Assembly (NCBI GenBank): GCA_036303125.1
Contig: JAXJBE010000278.1
Coordinates: 299-64,298, forward strand
Direction: 5' to 3'
From: Bacteroidaceae bacterium
GTDB lineage: Bacteria > Bacteroidota > Bacteroidia > Bacteroidales > Bacteroidaceae
DNA length: 64,000 bases
Positions 20,163 to 29,006 of the stretch are shown piece after piece. How positions within the stretch are numbered: position 1 is the stretch's first letter; every line of letters starts with the position of its first letter. The notes below the pieces were generated by a model. The model made no database searches. It was not told the origin of the DNA and saw nothing but the letters and a program-made list of their open reading frames with translations. The position numbers were made by a program, and so were the translations under genes.

Positions 20163-21455
20163 TCACTCTGTCCTCTCCTTCATTTCGAAGACAACAGCGT
20201 CTATCCAGTCGGCAGTGAGCCGATAAGGAGATTCTGCCTTCTCATCAAAAGAGGTTTCAAGACGTGAGGGGTCGACATTGTAGTATTTGACGAGAGCCTT
20301 CTTGACTGAAGCCACCCGTTTCTCTGCCAAATGCATAGTAGGCGACTCTTCTTTGTTGGAAGCACCGCTGTAACCGCGGACAATGAGGTTGACTTCTGGA
20401 TGCTTAGCAAGGAAGTCTGCAACGATGCGGATATTCTCCATCTGCATGTCGTTGACGAAGGTGCGGTCTACATAGAACGATATGCGTGTCTTCATGTTCT
20501 GCCCAAAGGCCACAACCTCACGGCTTTCCCTGTCAGCTAACTCTTGCTTTCGTTCGTTATCAATATATTCGGCAATGCGCGGAGCGGATCCTCTCAGATA
20601 ATTCATCTCTGACCTGCGCACCTTCAGATAGCGGTAGTCGCCATAGTGGTCAGGCAGATGCACTCTGACGCCTAAGGATAAATGGACAAAAGGGTCAAGG
20701 GCAAAGGATGCTGAATGCTTCACTCCATTGTATGAATCGCCTGTCCATGTACCTATGCCTTGAATGAAAATGTCGGTAGCTTCTCTCACCTTCAGCAACA
20801 TCTGCAATCCGCCTCTAAAGGCCAGATTAAGATGATCGTTGCGTTCTATTGGGTATCCAAGTCGCTTCCACTTTATGGTTTTCTCGTCGAATCCCCATGA
20901 ATAGGAACCTCCGACTCCTGCCACCAGCTGTACATCCAACTTGCGATGCTCATTATATGGACATAAAAGTTTGGTCAGGCTTAGCATTTCATCTATATAA
21001 AGCTCTACAACACTGAAGTCATAGCGCCCATTACCGAAAATGGGGTTCTCTGCTAAGTATTTTTTGCTGACGCAGCCAACCTGCTTTCCGTAGGCCATGA
21101 CGAAACGCGTGCTCCATACTCTCGAGAACTGCTTGCCGAAGCCCAGTTCGAAGCGAGGCAACAAAACATCCTTCAGTTGTTGTCCTGACATGTTCTCAGC
21201 CAATGACTGGCAACCGCCAACGCTGAAGTCTACAATCCAATTGTCTGAAACGAAATACGGTCTCCACTCATCTATGAGTTCCACATCTTTCTGCACTGGA
21301 GGTTCCCACTTAACAAGCTTAGGACGCTTTGGCGGCACCCATTCTTTCTTCTTTTCCTGAGCAAAGTTTCCTAACGGAAAAGTGGACAGAAGAATTAACA
21401 ATAATATCTTATTCATTATATTGTTTGTATCCATGTTCAACTCTCTTCTTCGCAA
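20163..21455 (-). CDS. OmpA-family outer membrane protein (third paralog)
   Basis: C-terminal domain ISFYVDRTFVNDMQMENIRIVADFLAKHPEVNLIVRGYSG...LAEKRVASVKKAL parallels the 15551-16963 protein. The likely start is MNKILLLILL at 21416. Confidence 0.75.
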   Translation of the reverse strand: MRRRELNMDTNNIMNKILLLILLSTFPLGNFAQEKKKEWVPPKRPKLVKWEPPVQKDVELIDEWRPYFVSDNWIVDFSVGGCQSLAENMSGQQLKDVLLPRFELGFGKQFSRVWSTRFVMAYGKQVGCVSKKYLAENPIFGNGRYDFSVVELYIDEMLSLTKLLCPYNEHRKLDVQLVAGVGGSYSWGFDEKTIKWKRLGYPIERNDHLNLAFRGGLQMLLKVREATDIFIQGIGTWTGDSYNGVKHSASFALDPFVHLSLGVRVHLPDHYGDYRYLKVRRSEMNYLRGSAPRIAEYIDNERKQELADRESREVVAFGQNMKTRISFYVDRTFVNDMQMENIRIVADFLAKHPEVNLIVRGYSGASNKEESPTMHLAEKRVASVKKALVKYYNVDPSRLETSFDEKAESPYRLTADWIDAVVFEMKERTE

Positions 21456-21494
21456 CTGTAAAAAATATGCTGATTACGATTGTTTAAGGGGTGT

Positions 21495-22688
21495 TCAGCA
21501 TACATGCCCCTTTATAGCCTTAACTATCATCATTGCCTGTTCCTCACTCACACAAGGTCCGCTTGGCAGACAAAGTCCGCATCGGAATAGCCGTTCGCTC
21601 ACTCCGTTGGTATAAGACGGAGCGTCCTTAAAAACAGGATGCAAGTGGAGAGGTTTCCAAAGCGGACGCGTCTCTATGCCCTGAGAGTCAAGCTCTTTCT
21701 GAAGGTTGAGGACCTTAGCGTCAGGAGCTACATCGCACGAACCCATGGCTGCGCTGTCAACATTGACTGCATTGAGACGTATGGTTGTCAGCCAATAGTT
21801 TGACTGCATATAACGTTCTGGCACAGAATGGACTGCTACAGCAGCATTGTCAGCAAACAAGTCGACATATAGTTGATGGAGCGTGCGGTGATGGGCTATA
21901 TGTTCATCAGCCACAGTCATCTGTCCCCGACCTATTCCTGCACAAATATTGGACATGCGGTAATTGTAGCCTATCTTCTCGTGATGATAGTAAGGATAAG
22001 GCTCGCGCGCCTGAGTAGCATAGAACATCACCTTTTTCTTACTCTCCTCATCGGGGCAGACAAGCGCTCCGCCTCCACTTGTGGTAATCATCTTGTTTCC
22101 ATTAAAAGAGAGAGCACCGTATGCACCAAACGTGCCACACACTTGTCCTTTGTATGTAGAACCGAAGGCTTCTGCTGCATCTTCAAGGACTGGGATGTCA
22201 TACTTTTTAGCCACCGACATTATCTCATCAATATAAGCTGGCATGCCATAGAGATAAACAACAATGATAGCCTTTGGCTTGCGTCCAGTCTTGGCTATAC
22301 GGTCCTTGATGGCTTCTTCAAGAAGGACTGGATCCATATTATATGTGCCATCCTCACTGTCCACAAAAACAGGAGTTGCCCCTTGATAAACTATAGGATT
22401 GGCACTGGCAGCAAACGTAAAAGACTGGCATATAACCTCATCACCTCTTTCCACGCCGAGCATGATGAGCCCAAGATGTATGGCAGCAGTACCGGCACTA
22501 AGCGCTACTACTTCCTTATGCGGCAAAAGATTTTCCCCATCCGTTCTGTTGACAAAGGCGGAGAGGTCTTCCTCAAAGGCATTGACATTAGGTCCCAATG
22601 GCACTACCCAGTTGGTATCAAAGGCATCCTTTATATATTTCTGTTCCTCGCCGCTCATGTGAGCCAAACATAGGTATATTTTGTTCAT
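21495..22688 (-). CDS. DegT/DnrJ/EryC1-family PLP-dependent sugar aminotransferase
   Basis: 397 aa with the family N-terminus (LAHMSGEEQKYIKDAFDTNWVVPLGPNV). A conserved Lys region (SFNGNKMITTSGGGAL) is also present. Confidence 0.85.
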   Translation of the reverse strand: MNKIYLCLAHMSGEEQKYIKDAFDTNWVVPLGPNVNAFEEDLSAFVNRTDGENLLPHKEVVALSAGTAAIHLGLIMLGVERGDEVICQSFTFAASANPIVYQGATPVFVDSEDGTYNMDPVLLEEAIKDRIAKTGRKPKAIIVVYLYGMPAYIDEIMSVAKKYDIPVLEDAAEAFGSTYKGQVCGTFGAYGALSFNGNKMITTSGGGALVCPDEESKKKVMFYATQAREPYPYYHHEKIGYNYRMSNICAGIGRGQMTVADEHIAHHRTLHQLYVDLFADNAAVAVHSVPERYMQSNYWLTTIRLNAVNVDSAAMGSCDVAPDAKVLNLQKELDSQGIETRPLWKPLHLHPVFKDAPSYTNGVSERLFRCGLCLPSGPCVSEEQAMMIVKAIKGHVC

Positions 22689-22728
22689 AGATTTAAGTTC
22701 AGTTTGATTATTTTTGGCAAAAATACGA

Positions 22729-23892
22729 TTATTCCTTCACACCACAAACATTTTTTAGGAATAATTCACTATAAAAATGCTTTAAGTTCATTCTTACGAA
22801 GCTCTGTTCATACCTCGCGGCAATCATTGGCCGTGACTTTGCGCTCATCTTGCTTACTTTTTCAGGATGTGTGACCATGTCCTCCATTGCCTCGTATAGC
22901 GCGCTCTCATCCCTCGGCGGCACTATCACACCATTGACTCCCTCTTCTATGATTTCTCGCGACCCATTGATGTCGGTAACTATGCTGGGAAGTTCCATTG
23001 CCCCAGCCTCAAGAACCACATTTGGGAAACCTTCTCTGTAGCTTGGAAAAACCAGCGCATCGCTCGCTTCATAGTAAGGACGCACGTCTTTCTGACTGCC
23101 CACACTTATGATTGATTCTTCTTTCTCAATCGCCATCCGAGTTTCTGGAAGGACGGGGTCAAGGTCATCTTCCACAGGACCTACGAGCAAGAGGCGTGTG
23201 TCAGGATAGTTCTTGTTCAGACGGGAGAAGGCATTGACAAGTTCGTTGATACCTTTGTCTCTTACGATACGTCCTACAAAGACGAAAGTGAAGGGTTCTT
23301 TCTTTTCCCTCCTTTCGGACAACCATCCTTCTGTTCGCGATCCACCGCTCCTCTTCCAATAATCGAGGTCAACGCCTCTGACATTGCCATACCCCAGCAC
23401 TCGCATGGGCTTGTCAGTGATACAGCTGCTCAAATCATGCTTCACCCCCTCGCCTTCAGGGATAATATGTGTGGCACAAAAACAGGTGATGCGGTCAGTC
23501 AGCATGAGTATCTTGCGCGAGAGGCCTGTCTGCGTAGGCCAAACAAGTCCTGTGAACGTATGCACCCTAATAGGCACATGCGCTATCCAAGCCGCCATCA
23601 TGCAGAGCAGGCCTGCTTTAGGTGTCATCGAATGCACCATAACAGGCCTTTCCTTTCTCATCACTCGTATGAGGCGGATTAGGGATATCAGGTCTTTGAG
23701 AGGCGAGACATGTCTCTCCATTGACACACCGATAGTACGCACCTTCTCACGCCTACCAAGTTCGGCAAGGTCACCATCAGGAGATGAAAGAGCTATGACC
23801 TCGTAGCCCTCATCCTTAAGTTCGCTAAGCAACCCCCGACAGAATATGTTGAGCGACATGCCGATAGTGGCAGCGCGTATTATCTTAACCAC
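22729..23892 (-). CDS. Glycosyltransferase family 4
   Basis: GT-B fold with the C-terminal EGFPNVVLEAGAMELPSIVTD (E-x7-E) motif. Confidence 0.8.
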   Translation of the reverse strand: MVKIIRAATIGMSLNIFCRGLLSELKDEGYEVIALSSPDGDLAELGRREKVRTIGVSMERHVSPLKDLISLIRLIRVMRKERPVMVHSMTPKAGLLCMMAAWIAHVPIRVHTFTGLVWPTQTGLSRKILMLTDRITCFCATHIIPEGEGVKHDLSSCITDKPMRVLGYGNVRGVDLDYWKRSGGSRTEGWLSERREKKEPFTFVFVGRIVRDKGINELVNAFSRLNKNYPDTRLLLVGPVEDDLDPVLPETRMAIEKEESIISVGSQKDVRPYYEASDALVFPSYREGFPNVVLEAGAMELPSIVTDINGSREIIEEGVNGVIVPPRDESALYEAMEDMVTHPEKVSKMSAKSRPMIAARYEQSFVRMNLKHFYSELFLKNVCGVKE

Positions 23893-24463
23893 AAATAGTC
23901 TGTATTATCAGTTTGATGTCACCAAGCAAGGAATGGTGATAATAATAGTCGAGGTTGATGCGCACTTTGTCTGGATATATGACCTCATCATTATACCTCT
24001 GAGGGTCATCCACCTGCGCAAGCACCTCCTCCTCATTTCTATATTTCAATGAAGCAGGGCCTGTGATGCCAGGACGCAGATTCAGTATCAGCCTGTCATT
24101 GCCTTCGAGCATGTCGGCATAGCCAGGCACATCAGGACGAGGCCCGACAAAACTCATGTCTCCAATGAGAACATTCCAGAGTTCGGGCAACTCATCCAAT
24201 TTGTATTTCCGCAACTTTGCGCCAAGAGGTGTTATCCGGCTCTCGCCTGCAACAGAAACAGAACTGCCGCCATGGCTGACTGTCATGCTCCTGAACTTAT
24301 ACATCGTGAACAGTCGCCCGTTCTTCCCAACCCTCTTCTGCTTGAAAATGGCTGGTCCTCCAGGCATCTTGATATGGATGAGAACCCACACCACAAGCAG
24401 CACTGGCCACAAAAGGCACAAGCCCACCAATGCCATTACCCTATCAAATATATACTTCAACAT
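23885..24463 (-). CDS. Small PglC/WcfS-type undecaprenyl-phosphate sugar-phosphate transferase (initiating enzyme)
   Basis: 192 aa with a single re-entrant helix followed by IFKQKRVGKNGRLFTMYKFRSM and DELPELWNVLIGDMSFVGPRP. Confidence 0.85.
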   Translation of the reverse strand: MLKYIFDRVMALVGLCLLWPVLLVVWVLIHIKMPGGPAIFKQKRVGKNGRLFTMYKFRSMTVSHGGSSVSVAGESRITPLGAKLRKYKLDELPELWNVLIGDMSFVGPRPDVPGYADMLEGNDRLILNLRPGITGPASLKYRNEEEVLAQVDDPQRYNDEVIYPDKVRINLDYYYHHSLLGDIKLIIQTICG

Positions 24464-24517
24464 AGATAAATGAATCTCTATTTATGCCGCTTCCCCTTGC
24501 GGTATGTTTATGATCTA

Positions 24518-24525
24518 CAAATATA
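24518..24525 (-). promoter_or_regulatory. -7 promoter box TATATTTG (internal promoter candidate)
   Basis: Reverse complement of CAAATATA, about 55 nt upstream of the 24463 start, in a 147-bp gap. Confidence 0.4.
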
Positions 24526-24610
24526 AAATCAACTAACATATCGATTTTGCCAAAATGTTTTTATAGGGAATGTACGAATTTACCAAAATGTTTCGGGGAC
24601 GACTCGACAT

Positions 24611-25183
24611 TTATTGTGGCATATCCTCTATCAGCATGTCTCCATCTTCAAGTTCTTCAACTACAACAACCCTACAAGCCTTCTGGCTCGCCTTCATGGA
24701 ACCAACATTTTTCTTGTTGATGCTCTCAAACATGCGTATGCCCAACATTGTAGACATACGCATGCCTACGACGCACAGCCGTGTACACACCCCTTTGCCT
24801 TGGTGGCGATGGTCCACCATCTTGCCAAGAAAGCTCTTGCCATTGCAGAAACATCTCAAGAAGGCATAACCAATTATTTCTCCTGCCTCTTCCTGCACAT
24901 ATATTATATAAGAAGACATTCGCAGCAACCGTCTTATAGAAGCCTCATCAAAGGCATGAGGCTTGAACCAACGGAATGCATCCTTTGGCTGACGAGCGAA
25001 AAACTGAGCTAAGGCTGCCGCATCGTTTTCTTGCGCCACTCTTACACCTGAATCGCAACACTCATCAAGCCGTTTCAGACCTCTCCTCTTCATCATTACA
25101 AACACAGCAGCATTAACGTCTTCTGCCATGTCCCACAACCATGGCATCTTCTTTTGTATAGTATGAGCTAACTTATAGAGCAT
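24611..25183 (-). CDS. GNAT-family N-acetyltransferase
   Basis: Acetyl-CoA loop VDHRHQGKGVCTRL (Q/R-x-x-G-x-G/A) in a 190-aa protein. Confidence 0.65.
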   Translation of the reverse strand: MLYKLAHTIQKKMPWLWDMAEDVNAAVFVMMKRRGLKRLDECCDSGVRVAQENDAAALAQFFARQPKDAFRWFKPHAFDEASIRRLLRMSSYIIYVQEEAGEIIGYAFLRCFCNGKSFLGKMVDHRHQGKGVCTRLCVVGMRMSTMLGIRMFESINKKNVGSMKASQKACRVVVVEELEDGDMLIEDMPQ

Positions 25184-26315
25184 AATACAGATTCATGTAT
25201 TTATCAGCCATCATATTTATATCAAACATATTGGCACGAGCCACACATCTGCTGACGACTTCGGCCCTGTAAGCCTCGTCTTCACACAGACATTTGATGG
25301 ATGAAGCCAACGACTCGTGATTACCATGAGGAAAGAGTACACCGTAACCACCAACGACATCACTGAGTCCCTCCACATCGCTGGCCACAAATGGCCTGCC
25401 GCACGCCATGCCCTCTACAGACGAGAGAGAAAGGCCTTCGTAGTGAGATGACAGCACAACTACATCTGCAGCCTGTAGTATATTAGGGATATCAGTACGT
25501 ACGCCCGTAAATGTGATTCTTCCATTCAAGTCCAGCTTATTTGTCAGTTCCTTGCATTCGCCAATCAACCGCTCATCACCTCCACCGACAAGCCACAACT
25601 TGTATTCCTCTGGCAACACCTTCATCGCCCTTATCAAGGTCTTCTGATCTTTCTGGGTTCGGAATGCAGAGACCATGACAACAGTTTTATCATTGCCGTG
25701 ATGTTTTCTATACATGGCCTCAACTGTACCCGAATCTTCACCAGCAATATTCTGCAATCCAGATTTACGTGAATCACTCACCTGATCATATTTCTTATCT
25801 TGAACAAACACGCTCAGGTCTATGCCATTATACACCAATATGCACTTCTGTGCGAAAGCATTGCCTATATGTGCCAGCAAGTTACGTTTAGTCAGTTCGC
25901 TGATGCACACTATCTTATCATATCTACCATACATCCACCTGTCCGCAAGTCTCCACACTTTACTTCGCCGCCTGTTGGTGGTGTTATGTTCCGTTGTCAC
26001 TATTTTAGACTTTACAAATACGCTACCCCATGCCACACCATACTGGCAAGCCGTATTGTGGCTATGCACCACATCATACTGTCTCATCAGTCGCACCAAC
26101 TTCACGACATTGGATAATGAATACACAGAATGCCCCAAAGCGATGACCTTCACTCCTCTCCTCTCTATTTCCTCGTAGAAAGGGGTGCGTTCGCCATCGA
26201 ACACACACAAATCCACAGCCATACCCGCTGTCTTCATTCTGGACAAGAGCTCGACCATCAGCTTTTCAGCTCCTCCAGTGCGGAGAGATGTTATGACATG
26301 CAATACTTTCATCAA
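25173..26315 (-). CDS. Glycosyltransferase family 4
   Basis: MKVLHVITSLRTGGAEKLMVEL N-terminus and a C-terminal SHYEGLSLSSVEGMACGRPFVASD motif. Confidence 0.8.
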   Translation of the reverse strand: MMKVLHVITSLRTGGAEKLMVELLSRMKTAGMAVDLCVFDGERTPFYEEIERRGVKVIALGHSVYSLSNVVKLVRLMRQYDVVHSHNTACQYGVAWGSVFVKSKIVTTEHNTTNRRRSKVWRLADRWMYGRYDKIVCISELTKRNLLAHIGNAFAQKCILVYNGIDLSVFVQDKKYDQVSDSRKSGLQNIAGEDSGTVEAMYRKHHGNDKTVVMVSAFRTQKDQKTLIRAMKVLPEEYKLWLVGGGDERLIGECKELTNKLDLNGRITFTGVRTDIPNILQAADVVVLSSHYEGLSLSSVEGMACGRPFVASDVEGLSDVVGGYGVLFPHGNHESLASSIKCLCEDEAYRAEVVSRCVARANMFDINMMADKYMNLYYAL

Positions 26316-26383
26316 CGATTCTTATGAAACACAGCTGAGTTACCCGGTTATTAAGGGAACACACCCTGATAAAAACAAAAACA

Positions 26384-27994
26384 CTAATTTATAACTACCT
26401 TATACTCAAAGTCGTTAATAGTGCCTATCTCTGATAAGAAATTGATGCCGACCATATACACTTTGCGAAAGTCAGAAGCGTAAGGAAGAGCATAGCCCTT
26501 GTCTTCAATCTGCTTAAGTGCGGCCTTGGCTGTTGAGTTGAGCTTAAATTCAAAAATATACACATAGTTAGGGCATTCAAGTACACAGTCTATGCGACCT
26601 TGACTCGTCTCCTTCTCTACGTAAATATTGTACTTGCCCAGCATCTGCATGATGAGATAGAAAGTATAATGGAAATGACGTTCACACTCTCGCTCATCCT
26701 GCTTGCGTTGGAAACGGTAAGATATGCCTGAGAGGAGAGATATGAGTTGAAGTTTGAATTGGTCAAGATTGCCCTCTTCAAGGGAATCTGTAACGTTGCC
26801 TAACCATGTGGTCGGCTCACCCGAACTTCCATTACCGTTGAAATAATCTGAAGCGAGGAGTGATAATGTGCCTATACGAACTTCCTCATTGGGAAAATCA
26901 AGCATATATGTATTGCGTCGCATGTTGCAGTCCTTGATAGTCAAGTAACCACTTTGATACAACATTGGCAACGGTTTCTGCTTTGTAGCCTTATAATCTA
27001 CGAACTCAGAGGTGGAATAATACTTGCCTGCAAGCTCGTTTATAGTCTCATCGCTGTTTGCCATAAGGCGCATGAGACATGTCGGCGTTCCAGTCTTGAA
27101 CCAATAGTCTGTTATCTTTTGCGAGTCAAGAGTGTTTAGGAGACTGAATGGATTAAACACACCTATCATCTTATCACTGAAATGATAACCATCAAACTGA
27201 TGCTTCAACATATCAATCATCTTATACTCGTCCACACCATAAATTGCAGCCAAATTCGACACAGGACGCTTAAAGACATCAAGCAACTCTGCTTCTGTAA
27301 TGCCACATAGGGTATCATATCTGCCGTCAAGACTAATATCCTTAGGCTGATTGAATCCGCTGAACACACTAATTTGAGAGAACTTGGTCACACCTGTCAA
27401 GAATACAAACTGCAGATGCGCATCAGCAAGTTTGAAGACACTATAGAATCCCTTTAGAACCTCCCTGTTATAGTCTTCCAGCGTCTTGATATTTCCTGCC
27501 ACAAATGGTGATGGAATCTCTGTGTCCATCACGTCAAGGAGCGGTTTATCATATTCGTCCACAAGCACTACTGCACGCCGTCCCGTCTTCTCGTGAGCGG
27601 CCTTCAGCACCTTCTTGAAACGCAGACCCAGTTCTGTAGTAGTTGGCACAAGGCCATATTGTCTTTCCCCCTCTTCAACAAAATCCAGAAGAACAGCATC
27701 AAGCGCTCCCTGTCTGGTGAAGTTCGACCCATTGAAATCAAGATGAAATACAGGATATTCCAGCCAGTCCTTCTCCATTTCATCAATAGCGAGTCCACGA
27801 AAAAGTTCCTTATGACCCAAGAAATAATGTTCAAGCGTGGACAGAAGCAAGCTCTTACCAAAACGGCGAGGACGACCGAGGAAGTATATCTTTCCCTCCT
27901 TCACTAAATTATATATCATTGCAGTCTTATCCACATAGACAAAACCTTCTTCAACGATTTGATTAAAACTTTGTATTCCTATCGGATATTTCAT
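26384..27994 (-). CDS. AAA-ATPase-like N-terminal domain plus PD-(D/E)XK nuclease C-terminal domain protein (PF09820/PF08011-type)
   Basis: MKYPIGIQSFNQIVEEGFVYVDKTAMIYNLV...LGRPRRFGKSLLLSTLEHYF, then a C-terminal GRIDCVLE...YIFEFKL nuclease-like core. The reading frame is intact. Confidence 0.75.
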   Translation of the reverse strand: MKYPIGIQSFNQIVEEGFVYVDKTAMIYNLVKEGKIYFLGRPRRFGKSLLLSTLEHYFLGHKELFRGLAIDEMEKDWLEYPVFHLDFNGSNFTRQGALDAVLLDFVEEGERQYGLVPTTTELGLRFKKVLKAAHEKTGRRAVVLVDEYDKPLLDVMDTEIPSPFVAGNIKTLEDYNREVLKGFYSVFKLADAHLQFVFLTGVTKFSQISVFSGFNQPKDISLDGRYDTLCGITEAELLDVFKRPVSNLAAIYGVDEYKMIDMLKHQFDGYHFSDKMIGVFNPFSLLNTLDSQKITDYWFKTGTPTCLMRLMANSDETINELAGKYYSTSEFVDYKATKQKPLPMLYQSGYLTIKDCNMRRNTYMLDFPNEEVRIGTLSLLASDYFNGNGSSGEPTTWLGNVTDSLEEGNLDQFKLQLISLLSGISYRFQRKQDERECERHFHYTFYLIMQMLGKYNIYVEKETSQGRIDCVLECPNYVYIFEFKLNSTAKAALKQIEDKGYALPYASDFRKVYMVGINFLSEIGTINDFEYKVVIN

Positions 27995-28015
27995 AAGACT
28001 GATTTAATTTTGACA

Positions 28016-28023
28016 CAAAGGTA
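28016..28023 (-). promoter_or_regulatory. -7 promoter box TACCTTTG dedicated to the AAA/PD-(D/E)XK gene
   Basis: Reverse complement of CAAAGGTA, 22 nt upstream of the 27994 start. Confidence 0.5.
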
Positions 28024-28099
28024 AGCGAAATAAATGAATGAACAAAATAAAATTCTAAACATTTATGGAATGATGCGTACTTACATTAAGTAAATATAT

Positions 28100-28999
28100 T
28101 CACTTCTTGTTTCTCCACAGCACTATCACATACAGCGCAAAGCCTAATGGAGACAGCAACAAAGTCATCATCTTCAATGGGCTATTTTTCAACCATCCGC
28201 TATCCTTGCATAACAGACATGACGAAATATAATGCACACATACACGCATTTGATTTCTAATCGTATTATGCTTCAACCCCATTTCAAGCAAACGGAGTTT
28301 AGCAAAGCTACGCGCACTATTCATATATTGCCTCCATATTGCCTGACTCATACTGTCGGCTCCTATCTGATACTCCACATTACATAGATTCTCATTCATC
28401 AGAAGCACAGGATAATCATCACACACCTGCAACATCATATATACAGGATTGAAGTTCTTTTCACCGGGGAAACCTATCTGAGGAGCGACCTGGCGCATCA
28501 ATGCTGTCCTCATCACAGGTTTTGTATCACCTGCATGCAACCTCTTAAGTGTCAGATCATAGAAATAGACCTCCTTTAGGCCTTCAGGGAACAATCCTCC
28601 AATAAGTTCCTTTGTCGCAACATTATAATCAAGCCCCAAGATGCCAGCATGACGTTCACTCCCATGTTCCTTCCAAAACGTGACAATCTTCTCCACCGCG
28701 TCATCCGGCATATAATCGTCACTATCAATACAGACACACAACTCTGTCTTAATTGTCGTATATGCAACATTATATCCCGTATACAGTCCTCCATTATCCT
28801 TGTATACATAATGAATTATCATATCCAGACCTGATTCTGCAATAAAACCATCAAGCAAAGTCTTAGTATTATCTGTAGAACCGTCATCAACAACAAGCCA
28901 CTCGAAGTCATCACAAGTTTGCCTTTTCAGTGACTCATACACTCGGTTTAATGTATGCGCCCTATTATATGTTGGAGTAAAAACTGTTAGAGTCTTCAT
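28100..28999 (-). CDS. Glycosyltransferase family 2
   Basis: MKTLTVFTPTYNRAHTLNRVYESLKRQTCDDFEWLVVDDGSTDNT, with the start moved to 28999. Paralog of 43231-44169. Confidence 0.8.
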   Translation of the reverse strand: MKTLTVFTPTYNRAHTLNRVYESLKRQTCDDFEWLVVDDGSTDNTKTLLDGFIAESGLDMIIHYVYKDNGGLYTGYNVAYTTIKTELCVCIDSDDYMPDDAVEKIVTFWKEHGSERHAGILGLDYNVATKELIGGLFPEGLKEVYFYDLTLKRLHAGDTKPVMRTALMRQVAPQIGFPGEKNFNPVYMMLQVCDDYPVLLMNENLCNVEYQIGADSMSQAIWRQYMNSARSFAKLRLLEMGLKHNTIRNQMRVCVHYISSCLLCKDSGWLKNSPLKMMTLLLSPLGFALYVIVLWRNKK

Positions 29000-29006
29000 G
29001 AAATCT

